A stretch of 64,000 nucleotides of DNA. Origin: Verrucomicrobiota bacterium. Its GTDB lineage: Bacteria > Verrucomicrobiota > Lentisphaeria > JABSQK01 > JAJFLO01. The stretch is from assembly GCA_021772635.1 (NCBI GenBank), contig JAJFLP010000076.1, forward strand, positions 1,654 through 65,653, read 5' to 3'. The position numbers and the translations under genes are program-made. Shown here piece by piece: positions 19,229 through 29,732 of this stretch (position 1 is the first letter of the stretch; every line of letters starts with the position of its first letter). The notes under the pieces were generated by a model, which ran no database searches, had not been told where the DNA came from, and saw nothing but the letters and a program-made list of their open reading frames with translations.

Positions 19229-19909
19229 CTAAAATCCCGGTGATTCGAGGACAATCAGCTGTCTCGGCAACCGGTTGAGCGCAACTCGGACATTGTGAAA
19301 CGACTCCGACAATTGCAGAAGGATATGTGTTAATTCGTATTTTCGCGCCAATTGATGGTGGCCAGCGTCCCTATAATGAGAGCTCCCAAGTGCTTCGTAG
19401 TACTGAATTTTCGGGGCCGCGCGACGCTCTGTTCTATGCCGGATATGTCCCGGGAAAATTCCGGACAGAAACAACGTATAATTACCGACAAACATATGGA
19501 TAAAAAAACGCATTTTATCGTCAGCATGCTCAAGCGCCTGCAATATGTCGGTAAAATACGGAGGCGACACATAATCGGATGCAATAGGAATCTTTGCGCG
19601 GTTAGCAGGAGCGTATTCGGAAAGCAACTCGGCGATGTAATCAGCCAGCGTTGTATCGTCGATATCGGCATTTTTCAGTGCGTACCGAACAAGAATATAA
19701 AAATACAATCGAGTGGATATCTTCAGGCACTCCGGCCGGTTCAGGACGGCGCTTACGATCTTTTCGTCGTCGAGAAGTATATCAAGAGATTCCGGATCCA
19801 AAAGAAGTTTCGCGAGGTCTTTTTTCGAGTCTGTGCCACTGCACAACACTGACGCGATAAAGGTAAAATCCTCCGATGTAAATTTAAGTCTGCATCTCGG
19901 TCGTATCAT
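19229..19909 (-). CDS. Conserved hypothetical protein
   Basis: 226-aa ORF with motifs LYFYILVR and VGNYTLFLSGIFP. Confidence 0.75.
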   Translation of the reverse strand: MIRPRCRLKFTSEDFTFIASVLCSGTDSKKDLAKLLLDPESLDILLDDEKIVSAVLNRPECLKISTRLYFYILVRYALKNADIDDTTLADYIAELLSEYAPANRAKIPIASDYVSPPYFTDILQALEHADDKMRFFIHMFVGNYTLFLSGIFPGHIRHRTERRAAPKIQYYEALGSSHYRDAGHHQLARKYELTHILLQLSESFHNVRVALNRLPRQLIVLESPGF

Positions 19910-20033
19910 TCGTTAACACCAGTAGTATACCGAATTCAATGAACGCACTACACACACACAAATCCATCTTTGCCGTTGCTACTTCTTAATGTACCTAAAG
20001 AATCGGGGACAAACAAGTGTTTCTTAACAAAAG

Positions 20034-20216
20034 CCAGCCTGATCTATGCATGAACTTTCTACTGCGAGCACGCATTGTACATGACCTAAATGACTTACAA
20101 AGAACCCAAAACTTTGAAATAGATCGCTATTCCTTCAGACTTGAAACCTTCGTAACTCATTGATCTCAGACACACTACGAACTCTCGTGACGAAATTCAA
20201 GCATAGAGCAGGCTAG
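20034..20216. mobile_element. Family-A MITE
   Basis: TIR (c)agcctgatctatgc / gcatagagcaggctag; body similar to 60567-60780. Confidence 0.8.
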
Positions 20217-20925
20217 ACCCTAAACGTTTGATTTTCGAATATCACCGCCGAAATCGAGTACGATACCAACAACCGCGGAGTTTTCGTCCGGGTTTTCCGA
20301 GACTCTTCCCGCATGAGCGTGGATCCCGTCGATACGGGACGCTTATGCGGTCCGCACGAGCGGACTCCAAAGAATACGGAGAGAAAAATCGTTCGGAGTC
20401 TCTTACTCAACCATTTTGAAGTCGTCCAAAACTTGTACCACTTGCGGTATACCTGAATCCGTGAAAAAATTCGGTAAATCAACGCAACCATTTGGTCATA
20501 AATATATTGCATGTATACTCGATATACCTACGGGTATGCCTCCGTACACTTGCAACACTTTCTGTTCCAAAGCGTTACACTGCTTCACTCGTTTTTTTTC
20601 ACGGATTCAGGGTATAGTTTATCGGTCAATTTTCGATTACTTCTGGATTCTCCAGTATAATCACCCCTTAATTACGTAATTTGAGGGGGAGCGTCGACAT
20701 ATTAAAACTATTTAAATAAATTCGGATTGCCGTTTAGTGATCACCACTTACTTTACCAGATTGCGTTTATAAAATGAGCCTCTCGCGGGGACGTCTTTAT
20801 AGAACAACAGAATGGCACCAATTGATCGAGCAAACCTTAGAAACCAACAGCAACCTGGCGCTCGATTTCTTCTTCGATTTTCAAAAATAGACTGCTTGCA
20901 GTCCATCAACAGGAGATAAGAAAGT

Positions 20926-22797
20926 ATGTGTGGAATCGTAGGTTATATCGGAAGTCGTGAAGCGTCTTCCATTTGTTTCGCTGGACTTCGCCGTCTCGAG
21001 TATCGCGGATATGACTCCGCCGGCATCGCAGTCGTCGAAGACAATGAGCTGAAGGTACGCAAAGTAGTCGGCAATCTGAATAATATGGAGGAGTCGCTGA
21101 AAACCAAGGCGTTGCCAGGTTCACTCGGCATCGGACATACACGTTGGGCTACGCACGGCAGACCGTCCATTGAAAATTCACATCCGCATCTAAGTTGCGA
21201 CGGGAAATTCGCTGTCGTACATAATGGAATTTTGGAAAACTACCAGGAACTTCGCAGTCAGCTCAAATCCGAGGGTCATACGTTCAAAAGCCAGACTGAC
21301 ACCGAAGTGGTCGCACATCTAGTCGAGAAATACTATGACGGCGACCTTCGTAACGCCCTGATCAGCGCAGTTAAGGACTTGGAAGGCGCGTTTGCCATAG
21401 GGTGTATATGCGCAGGCAGCCCCGATGAACTCCTCGCCGTCAGACGCTTTTCACCGCTGGTTGTCGGAATCGGTGAAACCGAAAACTATATCGCTTCTGA
21501 TATGGGCGCGATACGTGCTGAAACGGATAAGGTTTACGTCATTGACGATGACGAGGTCTGCAAGATTACTCGCGGCGGTATTGAGATAACTGATCTCGAT
21601 CTAAATCCGATCGAACGCGAACCGTACGTTATCCCATGGCCCGCCGACGCGGCTCAAAAGGGTGGTTACAAGAAGTTCATGCATAAGGAAATCCACGAAC
21701 AACCGGACGCTATGCGTGCTTGTCTCGCCGGGCGTCTCAGTTCTGTCGATAAGCCGATCACGTTCGAGAATATCGGATTGACTGTTGATGAAATAAAAGG
21801 ATTCAAGAAAATTATATTCACTGCGTGTGGAACAGCGATGCACGCCGGATTGGTTGGCCGTTTCCTGATGGATAAACTGGCACGCATCCCAACCGAGGGA
21901 GATCTTGCAGCTGAACTGCAACAACGCGATCCAGTGGTTCACGAAGGTACGCTTTGTATCGTGGTTAGCCAGTCAGGTGAGACCGCCGACACGCTGGAAG
22001 CTTTGCGCGCGATGAAAGCGAAAGGGGCAAAGGTTATCAGTGTAATAAACGTTGTAGACAGCTCGATCGCACGCGAAAGCGATGGTGTCGCATACATCCA
22101 GGCTGGCCCCGAAATCAGCGTCGCGTCGACCAAAGCGTTTACGCTTCAGGTACTGACCATTCAGTTGCTGTCGCTTTATTTCGCGGAAATACGAGGGACC
22201 TGTCCGCCCGACGAAATGAAACGACTAAAAGCCGCGATCCTGGCAGCCCCGGGACAGGCAACCGAACTGCTAAAACGCGAAGATGACATTATCGCGGTAG
22301 CGAAAAAGTACTATAAGAAACCGAATGCTATGTATTTGGCCCGGGGCGTCAATCTCCCCTCTGCTATGGAAGGCTCGCTGAAACTCAAAGAGATCAGCTA
22401 CATACATGCGGAAGCATACTCGGCCGGGGAAATGAAACACGGCCCGATCGCGCTGGTAGAGCCTAATATGTTCGTGGTATCCATCGCTTGCGAAGGACCT
22501 ACGTACGGCGAAATGATCGGAAATATTATGGAAATCAAGGCTCGTAGCGGGCCAATGATCGCCGTGGCCTATGATGGTGACAAGAAGATCCGGATGACGG
22601 GAGCAGATCCTGACGCCCCTGCAGACGATGTCGGCTCCCAACCAAATGATATGATTTGGGTTCCGCGAACCGAAGAGTACATATCACCGCTTCTCATCGG
22701 CATTCCGCTGCAACTCCTCGCTTATCACATCGCTGACTTACGCGGCGAGGATATCGATCAGCCGCGGAACCTCGCTAAGACGGTTACCGTCAAATAA
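20926..22797 (+). CDS. glmS: Glutamine-fructose-6-phosphate transaminase
   Basis: MCGIVG, EYRGYDSAG, GHTRWATHG, SQSGETAD, PRNLAKTVTV. Confidence 0.98.
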   Translation: MCGIVGYIGSREASSICFAGLRRLEYRGYDSAGIAVVEDNELKVRKVVGNLNNMEESLKTKALPGSLGIGHTRWATHGRPSIENSHPHLSCDGKFAVVHNGILENYQELRSQLKSEGHTFKSQTDTEVVAHLVEKYYDGDLRNALISAVKDLEGAFAIGCICAGSPDELLAVRRFSPLVVGIGETENYIASDMGAIRAETDKVYVIDDDEVCKITRGGIEITDLDLNPIEREPYVIPWPADAAQKGGYKKFMHKEIHEQPDAMRACLAGRLSSVDKPITFENIGLTVDEIKGFKKIIFTACGTAMHAGLVGRFLMDKLARIPTEGDLAAELQQRDPVVHEGTLCIVVSQSGETADTLEALRAMKAKGAKVISVINVVDSSIARESDGVAYIQAGPEISVASTKAFTLQVLTIQLLSLYFAEIRGTCPPDEMKRLKAAILAAPGQATELLKREDDIIAVAKKYYKKPNAMYLARGVNLPSAMEGSLKLKEISYIHAEAYSAGEMKHGPIALVEPNMFVVSIACEGPTYGEMIGNIMEIKARSGPMIAVAYDGDKKIRMTGADPDAPADDVGSQPNDMIWVPRTEEYISPLLIGIPLQLLAYHIADLRGEDIDQPRNLAKTVTVK

Positions 22798-22831
22798 GCG
22801 CCGTCGCGACCAGTATTTGGAAAAAACCTAC

Positions 22832-22869
22832 ATCCCGGCTCCCTTTCGCAAGGAGTCGGGATTTTTTTT
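22832..22869 (+). terminator. Rho-independent terminator of glmS
   Basis: atcccggctcc / ggagtcgggat stem followed by a T-run. Confidence 0.85.
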
Positions 22870-23048
22870 GAACGCCATAGATGAAGTCGAGCACGTATTT
22901 TCCGTAGGATTTCGAGAATTCCGTGACTGAGTTTGGTATATTCCGGTAGGAAACTGAGAATCGGGGCGAAACCAGTTCGTAGCGAGACACGATATTGCCG
23001 TCGTATAGCTCTTTGATCGACGCAATTAACAGCGTTATCGTGCCTTAT

Positions 23049-23246
23049 AAAGGAAACTTGTATTCGGCGAAGAAAGGTAGGAGGGAGCTCCTGCTCGCGA
23101 TGACGGTCATTTTGGAACGATACCGAAAAGATAGTGATCGCCAGCGGGAGCTGCCTCCTACATTATCAACGGCCTCAAAACCAGTGAAGTTTCGTAGGAG
23201 CAATCGCCTGGGCCGTACCGGCCCGGTTAATGTGATGGGAAACTTT
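23049..23246. repeat. Inverted copy of the GCTCCTACGAAACTT frame enclosing a GTAG-type REP doublet
   Basis: ggaaacttg at 23052; REP arms 23077-23101 and ~23137-23161; aagtttcgtaggagc...gggaaactt at 23187-23245 is the reverse complement of the unit at 2376-2435. Confidence 0.78.
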
Positions 23247-23483
23247 CAGTCGGCTCGGGACGATGTTCGCAGTAAGCCACGATAGTGCCGTTAATGCTAT
23301 TTTCACATACAAATACAACGGCACTATCATGCCTTATCCACGCACTTTTGCGGAACTGCCTTCGGGAGCTACGAGCAGACGCTACCCGACATCAGCGCCA
23401 GAAATGACAAACAAGGTTTTCGTTCCGATCTTTTTTCAAAATACCGAAATATACAAATCAAAAATCAAAAATTTCGTGACAGA

Positions 23484-25322
23484 CTAGTTTTTGGCTACCA
23501 CTATCGAGTCTTTGAGTTCGGAGAGCGCACAATTATTCAGACTCATCTTTCTCATGCTGATTGCATCGGTAGGGCAGACTCGAAGGCATTTTCCGCAACG
23601 TATACATTCGTTGCTATCGATCCATATGTAGGTTGTTTCAGCCGCAAGGTTGGCCTTAATATCTGTTGTTACTGCACCGTCTTCGTCGTGAAAAAGGCGA
23701 GATACGCGCTTGATACAGTCTCGCGGTGCGACCTCAATACACCAGTCGCAATGAATGCATTTATCCTGATCTATCTCGAATTTATAATGGCAATAATAGC
23801 ATCGCGTCGCAGCAGTGTGGGTGCCGTCCTCGTCATACCCGAGTTCGACCTCTGCAATGCCGTCTCGCTCAAGTAACGGCAGTGTGCGCATATCGGTTGG
23901 TTTCTGGAGATCATGGTCCCTAACCCTACCGGTTTCGCCATTCGTATCGATGAGTTCGACACCGACATGCGTCTTCATGCGCTCCTGCCCGGATAGAAAC
24001 GTATCGACTGCCTTGGCACCCTGCTTACCATCTTCGACAGCGGTAATAACATCGAAACTACCGTACCTGAAGTCGCCTGCGATAAACACTTTCTCATGAT
24101 TTGTTTGATGATCTTCGGTTATCGTGATATCGGCGGGCAGAATATTCAGTGTCCTCACCTGCCCGATTGCAACAACGAGAGTATCGCAAGGCATATCGAA
24201 TTCGCTGTCTTTAATCGGATGAATTTTCGGTTTGCCACCGTCATGGGTAATATCCCCAAGCGCATTCCTCAAAAACCTTACGGACTTTAGACGCCCGGCT
24301 TCCATGATAGCGGAAACCGGTGAAACCAAGGTTTCCACCTCAATTCCTTCGCCGTTCATCTGAACAATTTCATCGTTGTCAGCGGACATCTGGGCTTCAG
24401 TCCGACGATACATGATTGTAACTGTACCGTCTGCTCCGACAAGGCGTTTCGCAGCTCGTGCACAGGACCGCGCACAATCAACCGCCGTGAATCCACCCCC
24501 GACTATAATGACATGCTGCCCGGGCATTTCACCGATCTCACCAAAGTTGTATTGGCGCATAAATTCCAACCCCGGAATTCCATGGCCATCGTCAGGCAGA
24601 CCAGAAAGCTTCAAGTTCGCCGGAGCAACCGCGCCCGCCGTCACTATCACGGCGTCAAAGTCATCTATCAGTCCCTGCATGACCTCACTGTCAACCGGGG
24701 AGTGGTATTTTACCTCAATCCCGCTATTCAAAATAGCTTCTACTTCGTTTTCAACGACATCTCGTGGCAATCTAAATATCGGTATTCCCAGTACGAGCAT
24801 TCCCCCGAGTATGGAGCCTCTTTCAAAGATCGTGACGGCGTGTCCATAGCGCGCCAGTTCGCGGGCAGCTGTAAGTCCTGCCGGTCCACCGCCCACAACA
24901 GCCACGCGCCGTCCCGACTGGTCGAACCACTTTGGCAAAGGTTTGGGCGGATTCTTCTTATAGTCCGCCGACGATCGCTTTAAGTGGCAAATATGAACGG
25001 GACCGTGGATACCCGTCCACTTATGTCGGCATGCGTCTTCGCACGGTCGCGAACAGATACGGCCAAGGACGCCAGGGAACACGTTATCTTCCTGATTGAT
25101 GAGGTAGGCTTTGTCTGGATCGCCTTTCGCAATTGCTTCGATATAGGCAGGTACATTCGTCTTTGCCGGGCAGGCTGCCTGACACGGAACGTCCTTATAA
25201 AGGGTCTTCAAATCCAGGTTTGTTTTTCCTTCTCCGGTGAAGACTGAGAATTCCTGTGGATTCGGCGCCATCTCGTAGCTAATATTAAGCGAATCGACCG
25301 CTTTCTTGAAAGGGTTGTTCAT
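23484..25322 (-). CDS. NAD(P)H-dependent flavo-iron-sulfur oxidoreductase (GltD/SudA/DsrL-like) with C-terminal ferredoxin domain
   Basis: CQAACP, GRICSRPCEDAC, GGGPAG, GGGFTAVD...YRR, RCYYC, CIHCDWC, CIRCGKCLRVCP. Confidence 0.88.
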   Translation of the reverse strand: MNNPFKKAVDSLNISYEMAPNPQEFSVFTGEGKTNLDLKTLYKDVPCQAACPAKTNVPAYIEAIAKGDPDKAYLINQEDNVFPGVLGRICSRPCEDACRHKWTGIHGPVHICHLKRSSADYKKNPPKPLPKWFDQSGRRVAVVGGGPAGLTAARELARYGHAVTIFERGSILGGMLVLGIPIFRLPRDVVENEVEAILNSGIEVKYHSPVDSEVMQGLIDDFDAVIVTAGAVAPANLKLSGLPDDGHGIPGLEFMRQYNFGEIGEMPGQHVIIVGGGFTAVDCARSCARAAKRLVGADGTVTIMYRRTEAQMSADNDEIVQMNGEGIEVETLVSPVSAIMEAGRLKSVRFLRNALGDITHDGGKPKIHPIKDSEFDMPCDTLVVAIGQVRTLNILPADITITEDHQTNHEKVFIAGDFRYGSFDVITAVEDGKQGAKAVDTFLSGQERMKTHVGVELIDTNGETGRVRDHDLQKPTDMRTLPLLERDGIAEVELGYDEDGTHTAATRCYYCHYKFEIDQDKCIHCDWCIEVAPRDCIKRVSRLFHDEDGAVTTDIKANLAAETTYIWIDSNECIRCGKCLRVCPTDAISMRKMSLNNCALSELKDSIVVAKN

Positions 25323-26914
25323 GATTCAAATCCTACACGTTTGATACATTCCGCCAAAGTTTCGTCGCCCTGCCGGACCTCGACATAGGTATCCAATAGC
25401 TTTTCCACGATCTGTGGACAATCTTCTTTCTTAAATTCCCCGAGTTTCTTGCCGAAATCGATTTCCGTGCCGCCGATCAGCACTTCGTACGCTTCGACTG
25501 ATCCAAGTCCCTCACGAATCCGCATACCACGGAACCCGAGGTCCGAGATTCGATACGGAGAACAGGAGTTCGGACACCCCGTAATGTTGATGATCACTTT
25601 ATCCCATATCGCGTCGTATTTTTTCTGCTTCACAACGTCCATGACCAGATCGTATAAATCATGTGTCCTCGATACTGCCTTAGGGCAATAAGTCGTCCCG
25701 ACACACGGAACGACGTCTCTAATCCCAAAGTGCCCGTCTGTCGCGAATCCGAGATTTTCGATCTCTGTCTTTACTTCCTGGACCTTCTGCGGGAGGACAC
25801 CATGAATCTCGATATTCTGGCGGTTCGTTGTATAAATACGCTTGTTGCCGAAGATTTCGGATAACTCTGCCAAGCGTTTGAACTGCTGATGCGTTAACTC
25901 ACCTTTCGGAATCATCGCACGAACGGTAACCTTTCCATCCGTGCCGACTGGGTCCTGTTCCAAAAGCGGACGGTTAGGAAACGGCGTACCGCACTCCTCG
26001 AACGCGTTTGTCTCAAGGTCGTCAGTTCCGATACCCTCGTTCTCTAATGCGTCGATAACGATTTCCCTGCACTTATCGATTCCGTAATTGTGAACGACGA
26101 ACTTTAGGCGTGCCTTTGTTCGATCGAAACGATCGCCGTGGTCTCTAAATAAAATTGCAACAGCACGACAGACCCGCGTTATTTTTTCTTTCGGAATAAA
26201 GGAGAATAACTCTTGCCCGACAAACGCCTTCCACCCCATTCCACCGCCGATAATGATCCGAAAACCCGTTTCATCTTCGCCATTCGCCGCTTTTCGAACT
26301 ACTGCGACAACGCCGATACAGTTGATAAAGGGTTGGGCACAACCAGCGCCGCAACCGGAGAATGTGATTTTAAATTTTCTCGGGAGATTATCAAGATCCC
26401 GTGCGTCCGCCAGGAACTTCGCCACCTCTTTCGCATACGGTAATACGTTCACTCGTCGGTAGTTACAGGTTTCCGCCAACGGGCAGGCCGCAACATTCCT
26501 GTTGACGTCGCCGCAACCGTGAAACGTTGTTAAATATTCTTCGTTAAGCTTCCGCATCATATCCGGTAACGCCGGCAATTTTAGCCAGTGCAGCTGAATT
26601 GACTGACGCGTTGTAACTGAAAGTATTCCCTGGCAATAGTCCTCCGAGATCTTGGAAATCATCCGCGCCTGGCTTGAGGTCAGCTGCCCGCCGGGAATTA
26701 CGATCCGCGCCATATGATTTCCAGGCTGACGGGAGCCATAGATCCCGAACCATTTCGAAATGAGCTTTTCTTCTCGCGTCATCGCCCCTTTACGGGCGAT
26801 TTCATCGTAGTCTATAACGAGGCCTTGTTCCTTAACGATCTCGTCTTCACTTCTACGTTTAGCTTCTAGTTTCCACTGCATAATAATAAATTTCCTCGTT
26901 TTTCGTCCCATCAA
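25319..26914 (-). CDS. Siroheme nitrite/sulfite reductase, likely assimilatory sulfite reductase
   Basis: TTRQSIQLH, CGDVNRN, LPRKFK, CVGTTYC, GCPNSC; downstream of cysK. Confidence 0.9.
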   Translation of the reverse strand: MMGRKTRKFIIMQWKLEAKRRSEDEIVKEQGLVIDYDEIARKGAMTREEKLISKWFGIYGSRQPGNHMARIVIPGGQLTSSQARMISKISEDYCQGILSVTTRQSIQLHWLKLPALPDMMRKLNEEYLTTFHGCGDVNRNVAACPLAETCNYRRVNVLPYAKEVAKFLADARDLDNLPRKFKITFSGCGAGCAQPFINCIGVVAVVRKAANGEDETGFRIIIGGGMGWKAFVGQELFSFIPKEKITRVCRAVAILFRDHGDRFDRTKARLKFVVHNYGIDKCREIVIDALENEGIGTDDLETNAFEECGTPFPNRPLLEQDPVGTDGKVTVRAMIPKGELTHQQFKRLAELSEIFGNKRIYTTNRQNIEIHGVLPQKVQEVKTEIENLGFATDGHFGIRDVVPCVGTTYCPKAVSRTHDLYDLVMDVVKQKKYDAIWDKVIINITGCPNSCSPYRISDLGFRGMRIREGLGSVEAYEVLIGGTEIDFGKKLGEFKKEDCPQIVEKLLDTYVEVRQGDETLAECIKRVGFES

Positions 26915-26924
26915 GGACGAAATA

Positions 26925-27851
26925 CTAATCGTTATAGAAAAGTAACGTGGAGACGTATCTTTCGCCAGTGTCCGGCAGCATTACAACGATTGTTTTACCT
27001 CCGCTCTCCGGACGTGTGGCAACTCGTTTTGCGGCGAGGGCAGCCGCTCCCGACGAGATACCAACGACGAGTCCTTCAGATAACGCGATCTCCTTCGCCG
27101 CTTTGATTGACTCCTGACTTTCGACTTGAATCACCTCGTCAACAACTGACTCGTCATAGACAGACGGTATGAACCCGGCTCCGATACCCTGAATCATATG
27201 CGGTCCCATCTTACCGCCGCTAAGCACTGGGGACTCCGCCGGTTCAACCGCTATCACCTGGATCTTTGGATTCTGTGATTTGAGATACTTACCTGCACCC
27301 GAGATCGTTCCACCGGTACCAACACCAGAAATAAATACATCTACTTTTCCCTGTGTCGCATCCCAAATCTCGGGCCCGGTAGTGTCAAAATGAACCTGTG
27401 GATTCGCCGGATTATTGAATTGTTGCGGCATAAACGCGCCGGGAATTTGGTCGCGAAGTGTATTCGCTTCCTCTATAGCACCGAGCATCCCAAGTTCGGA
27501 GTCAGTAAGTACCAATTCCGCCCCGAGCGCAAGTAACATCTTGCGACGCTCAACACTCATCGACGACGGCATCGTCAGGATTAACTGATATCCTTTCACA
27601 ACGGCCGCGAGTGCCAGCCCGATTCCTGTGTTCCCAGACGTCGGTTCAATAATTGTACCGCCCGTCTTCAAAACGCCATCACGTTCTCCAGCCTCGACCA
27701 TAGCCTTGCCAATCCTATCCTTTACGCTGGATCCCGGATTAAACGATTCAAGCTTGCCTACAATACATCCGGGTAAGTCCTTGCCGAATCTGTTTAGTCG
27801 TAATAGCGGTGTTTTGCCTATGAGTTCGCATAAATCATTCGCAATTAACAT
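26925..27851 (-). CDS. cysK: Cysteine synthase A
   Basis: [37 protein letters not shown]; GGAGG RBS. Confidence 0.97.
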   Translation of the reverse strand: MLIANDLCELIGKTPLLRLNRFGKDLPGCIVGKLESFNPGSSVKDRIGKAMVEAGERDGVLKTGGTIIEPTSGNTGIGLALAAVVKGYQLILTMPSSMSVERRKMLLALGAELVLTDSELGMLGAIEEANTLRDQIPGAFMPQQFNNPANPQVHFDTTGPEIWDATQGKVDVFISGVGTGGTISGAGKYLKSQNPKIQVIAVEPAESPVLSGGKMGPHMIQGIGAGFIPSVYDESVVDEVIQVESQESIKAAKEIALSEGLVVGISSGAAALAAKRVATRPESGGKTIVVMLPDTGERYVSTLLFYND

Positions 27852-28023
27852 ATAATGCCTCCGTATAAGCGTCGAAAATCCGTGGCGCTACCCCGTCTAC
27901 CTGATTCGGACTGACGTTGGCCGCACTCATGCTATTTCACAACCGATGTTTCATGACGTTCCAGTACCAGCCCTATACCATAACCAACAGAAAATCGTGC
28001 GAAGCGTTATCGTGTAACAACGA

Positions 28024-28548
28024 TTAACCGCTACTGAAAAGCTCACGAATCAAGGACCGATAGAGATCGAAATCCTCGGCCGAGAAACATATAAACAGCA
28101 CCTTTTCCAGTGACGAATTTGCCGACAGAAAGCTTCGTGTTTCGGTCAGAGCAATTCGAGCAGCGTTTTCCTTCGGAAACCGATATGCACCGGTGCTGAT
28201 CGAAGGAAAGGCGATGGTATTAATAGCATAGTCTGCAGAGTAAGCAAAACAATTCCTGTAACAGTCCGCTAATAATTTACCCTCGTTTCTTGTCCCTCCC
28301 CGCCAAATCGGGCCGGCTGTGTGTATAATCCATCTTGCCGGCAGCTTATAGCCCCGTGTAATTTTCGCTTCGCCCGTGACGCAGCCGCCCAACTCGCGGC
28401 AGGCACTTAGCAAATCTGGACCAGCTGCTCTGTGGATCGCGCCATCGACGCCACCGCCGCCTAGTAAAGAGTTATTCGCAGCGTTGACGATCGCATCGGT
28501 CCGCTGCCGAGTTATGTCACCTTGAATCGCGCTAACTGGATTGGTCAT
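28024..28548 (-). CDS. Macro-domain O-acetyl-ADP-ribose deacetylase (YmdB-like)
   Basis: GDIT, VNAANNSLLGGGGVDGAIH, FPSISTGAY. Confidence 0.93.
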   Translation of the reverse strand: MTNPVSAIQGDITRQRTDAIVNAANNSLLGGGGVDGAIHRAAGPDLLSACRELGGCVTGEAKITRGYKLPARWIIHTAGPIWRGGTRNEGKLLADCYRNCFAYSADYAINTIAFPSISTGAYRFPKENAARIALTETRSFLSANSSLEKVLFICFSAEDFDLYRSLIRELFSSG

Positions 28549-28790
28549 GGTTCTTCTCCATTTTTTCGATATGTCGTCCGGCACGTGATCCCGGGATCGC
28601 GAAAATCTGCCGAACGATCACAGGCGGCCCCTGCGAGTGCAGTAACGCGATATTCTATGGCAAAGAACTTCTGTTAAGCCACTCCGGATTGGTTTTTGAT
28701 ATAATTTCTGCTATAATAGAATAAATTTCCTGTTTCATAAGTGCACCTGTATCACTAGCTAAAATCTACCGTTCCAAACGGTTACCAACT

Positions 28791-29171
28791 GTGAAAACAA
28801 ACATATTATTTACACCGAAAGAAGCGAATGACACGTTGCCGTTAGTTAGAGGTATCGTTGATGACATCCTCCGTACCGGACGCCGAATTCGAGAGCTATC
28901 ATACCAACTGGGAGATAATTTCGACAGTGACAGCCGCGTTCAGGCGCTCATGACTGAGCTTCACGAATTATTGGGCGAATTAGATAATATCGGCTGTACG
29001 TACAAAGATTTTAATTTCACGGTTGGTCTTGTTGACTTCCCCGGAGTAATCGAAGACAAAGAGGTTCTGCTTTGCTGGCGAAGCGACGAGTCGCGCCTTG
29101 AATATTTTCACGACAGCGCGACGGGCTACTCAGGGCGTCGGCACATACCAAAAGAATACGTTACCTACTAA
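28791..29171 (+). CDS. DUF2203 family protein
   Basis: FTPKEAN..LP, GLVDFP, LCWR..E..LEYFH....GYSGRR. Confidence 0.85.
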   Translation: MKTNILFTPKEANDTLPLVRGIVDDILRTGRRIRELSYQLGDNFDSDSRVQALMTELHELLGELDNIGCTYKDFNFTVGLVDFPGVIEDKEVLLCWRSDESRLEYFHDSATGYSGRRHIPKEYVTY

Positions 29172-29207
29172 CTTAAACATTTTCGTGATGAAACTTAACC
29201 AAGGAAT

Positions 29208-29732
29208 TTGACAATGATCAATACGAAGAAATTTACAATGATAGAGATATTGGTAGTTCTCGCTATCATCGGTGTAGCGATAGGAATTCTAGTCCCATCA
29301 CTTGGAGGCGCGATGAAAAAAGCCAAAAAAAATAAAGCCAAGACGTCGATGAAAACGTTATCTATTGCGATCAGACAGTACGAAACGACCTATGGATTCC
29401 TACCATTCACCGGGTTAGGATCGGACACACTAGTGAATGCGGCTCAATATCAGACGCTACTGAATACACTCGCAGCGCTCGATGTAACCTCAAACCCACG
29501 AAAAATTAAATTCCTGGAGCTAGACAAAAATAATCAATTCCAGGATTCCTGGCAGAATGATTTCAACGTGACACTTGATCTGAATTATGACAGCGTACTG
29601 AGCGATAACGTTGTCTATGGTGAAGGCAGCCTTAATACGACCCTTGGGTTATGGTCCTGCGGTCCAGACGGCAACCATAGTAGTACGGATTCGGATGCCA
29701 GCAATTCCGATAATGTAAATTCTTGGGATTAA
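29208..29732 (+). CDS. Prepilin-type N-terminal cleavage/methylation protein (GspG-like)
   Basis: KKFTMIEILVVLAII; DSW; WSCGPDG. Confidence 0.85.
   Translation: MTMINTKKFTMIEILVVLAIIGVAIGILVPSLGGAMKKAKKNKAKTSMKTLSIAIRQYETTYGFLPFTGLGSDTLVNAAQYQTLLNTLAALDVTSNPRKIKFLELDKNNQFQDSWQNDFNVTLDLNYDSVLSDNVVYGEGSLNTTLGLWSCGPDGNHSSTDSDASNSDNVNSWD

Noticed and set aside
20640-20925. glmS ribozyme or sigma54 promoter upstream of glmS
   Set aside because: The ribozyme core (AGCGCC...GACGAGG) is absent, and TGGCAC at ~20813 lacks a correctly spaced TTGC.
27855-28020. SAM riboswitch upstream of cysK
   Set aside because: Only a short CATGAGTG resemblance; the GCAACC/GGTGC core is not found.
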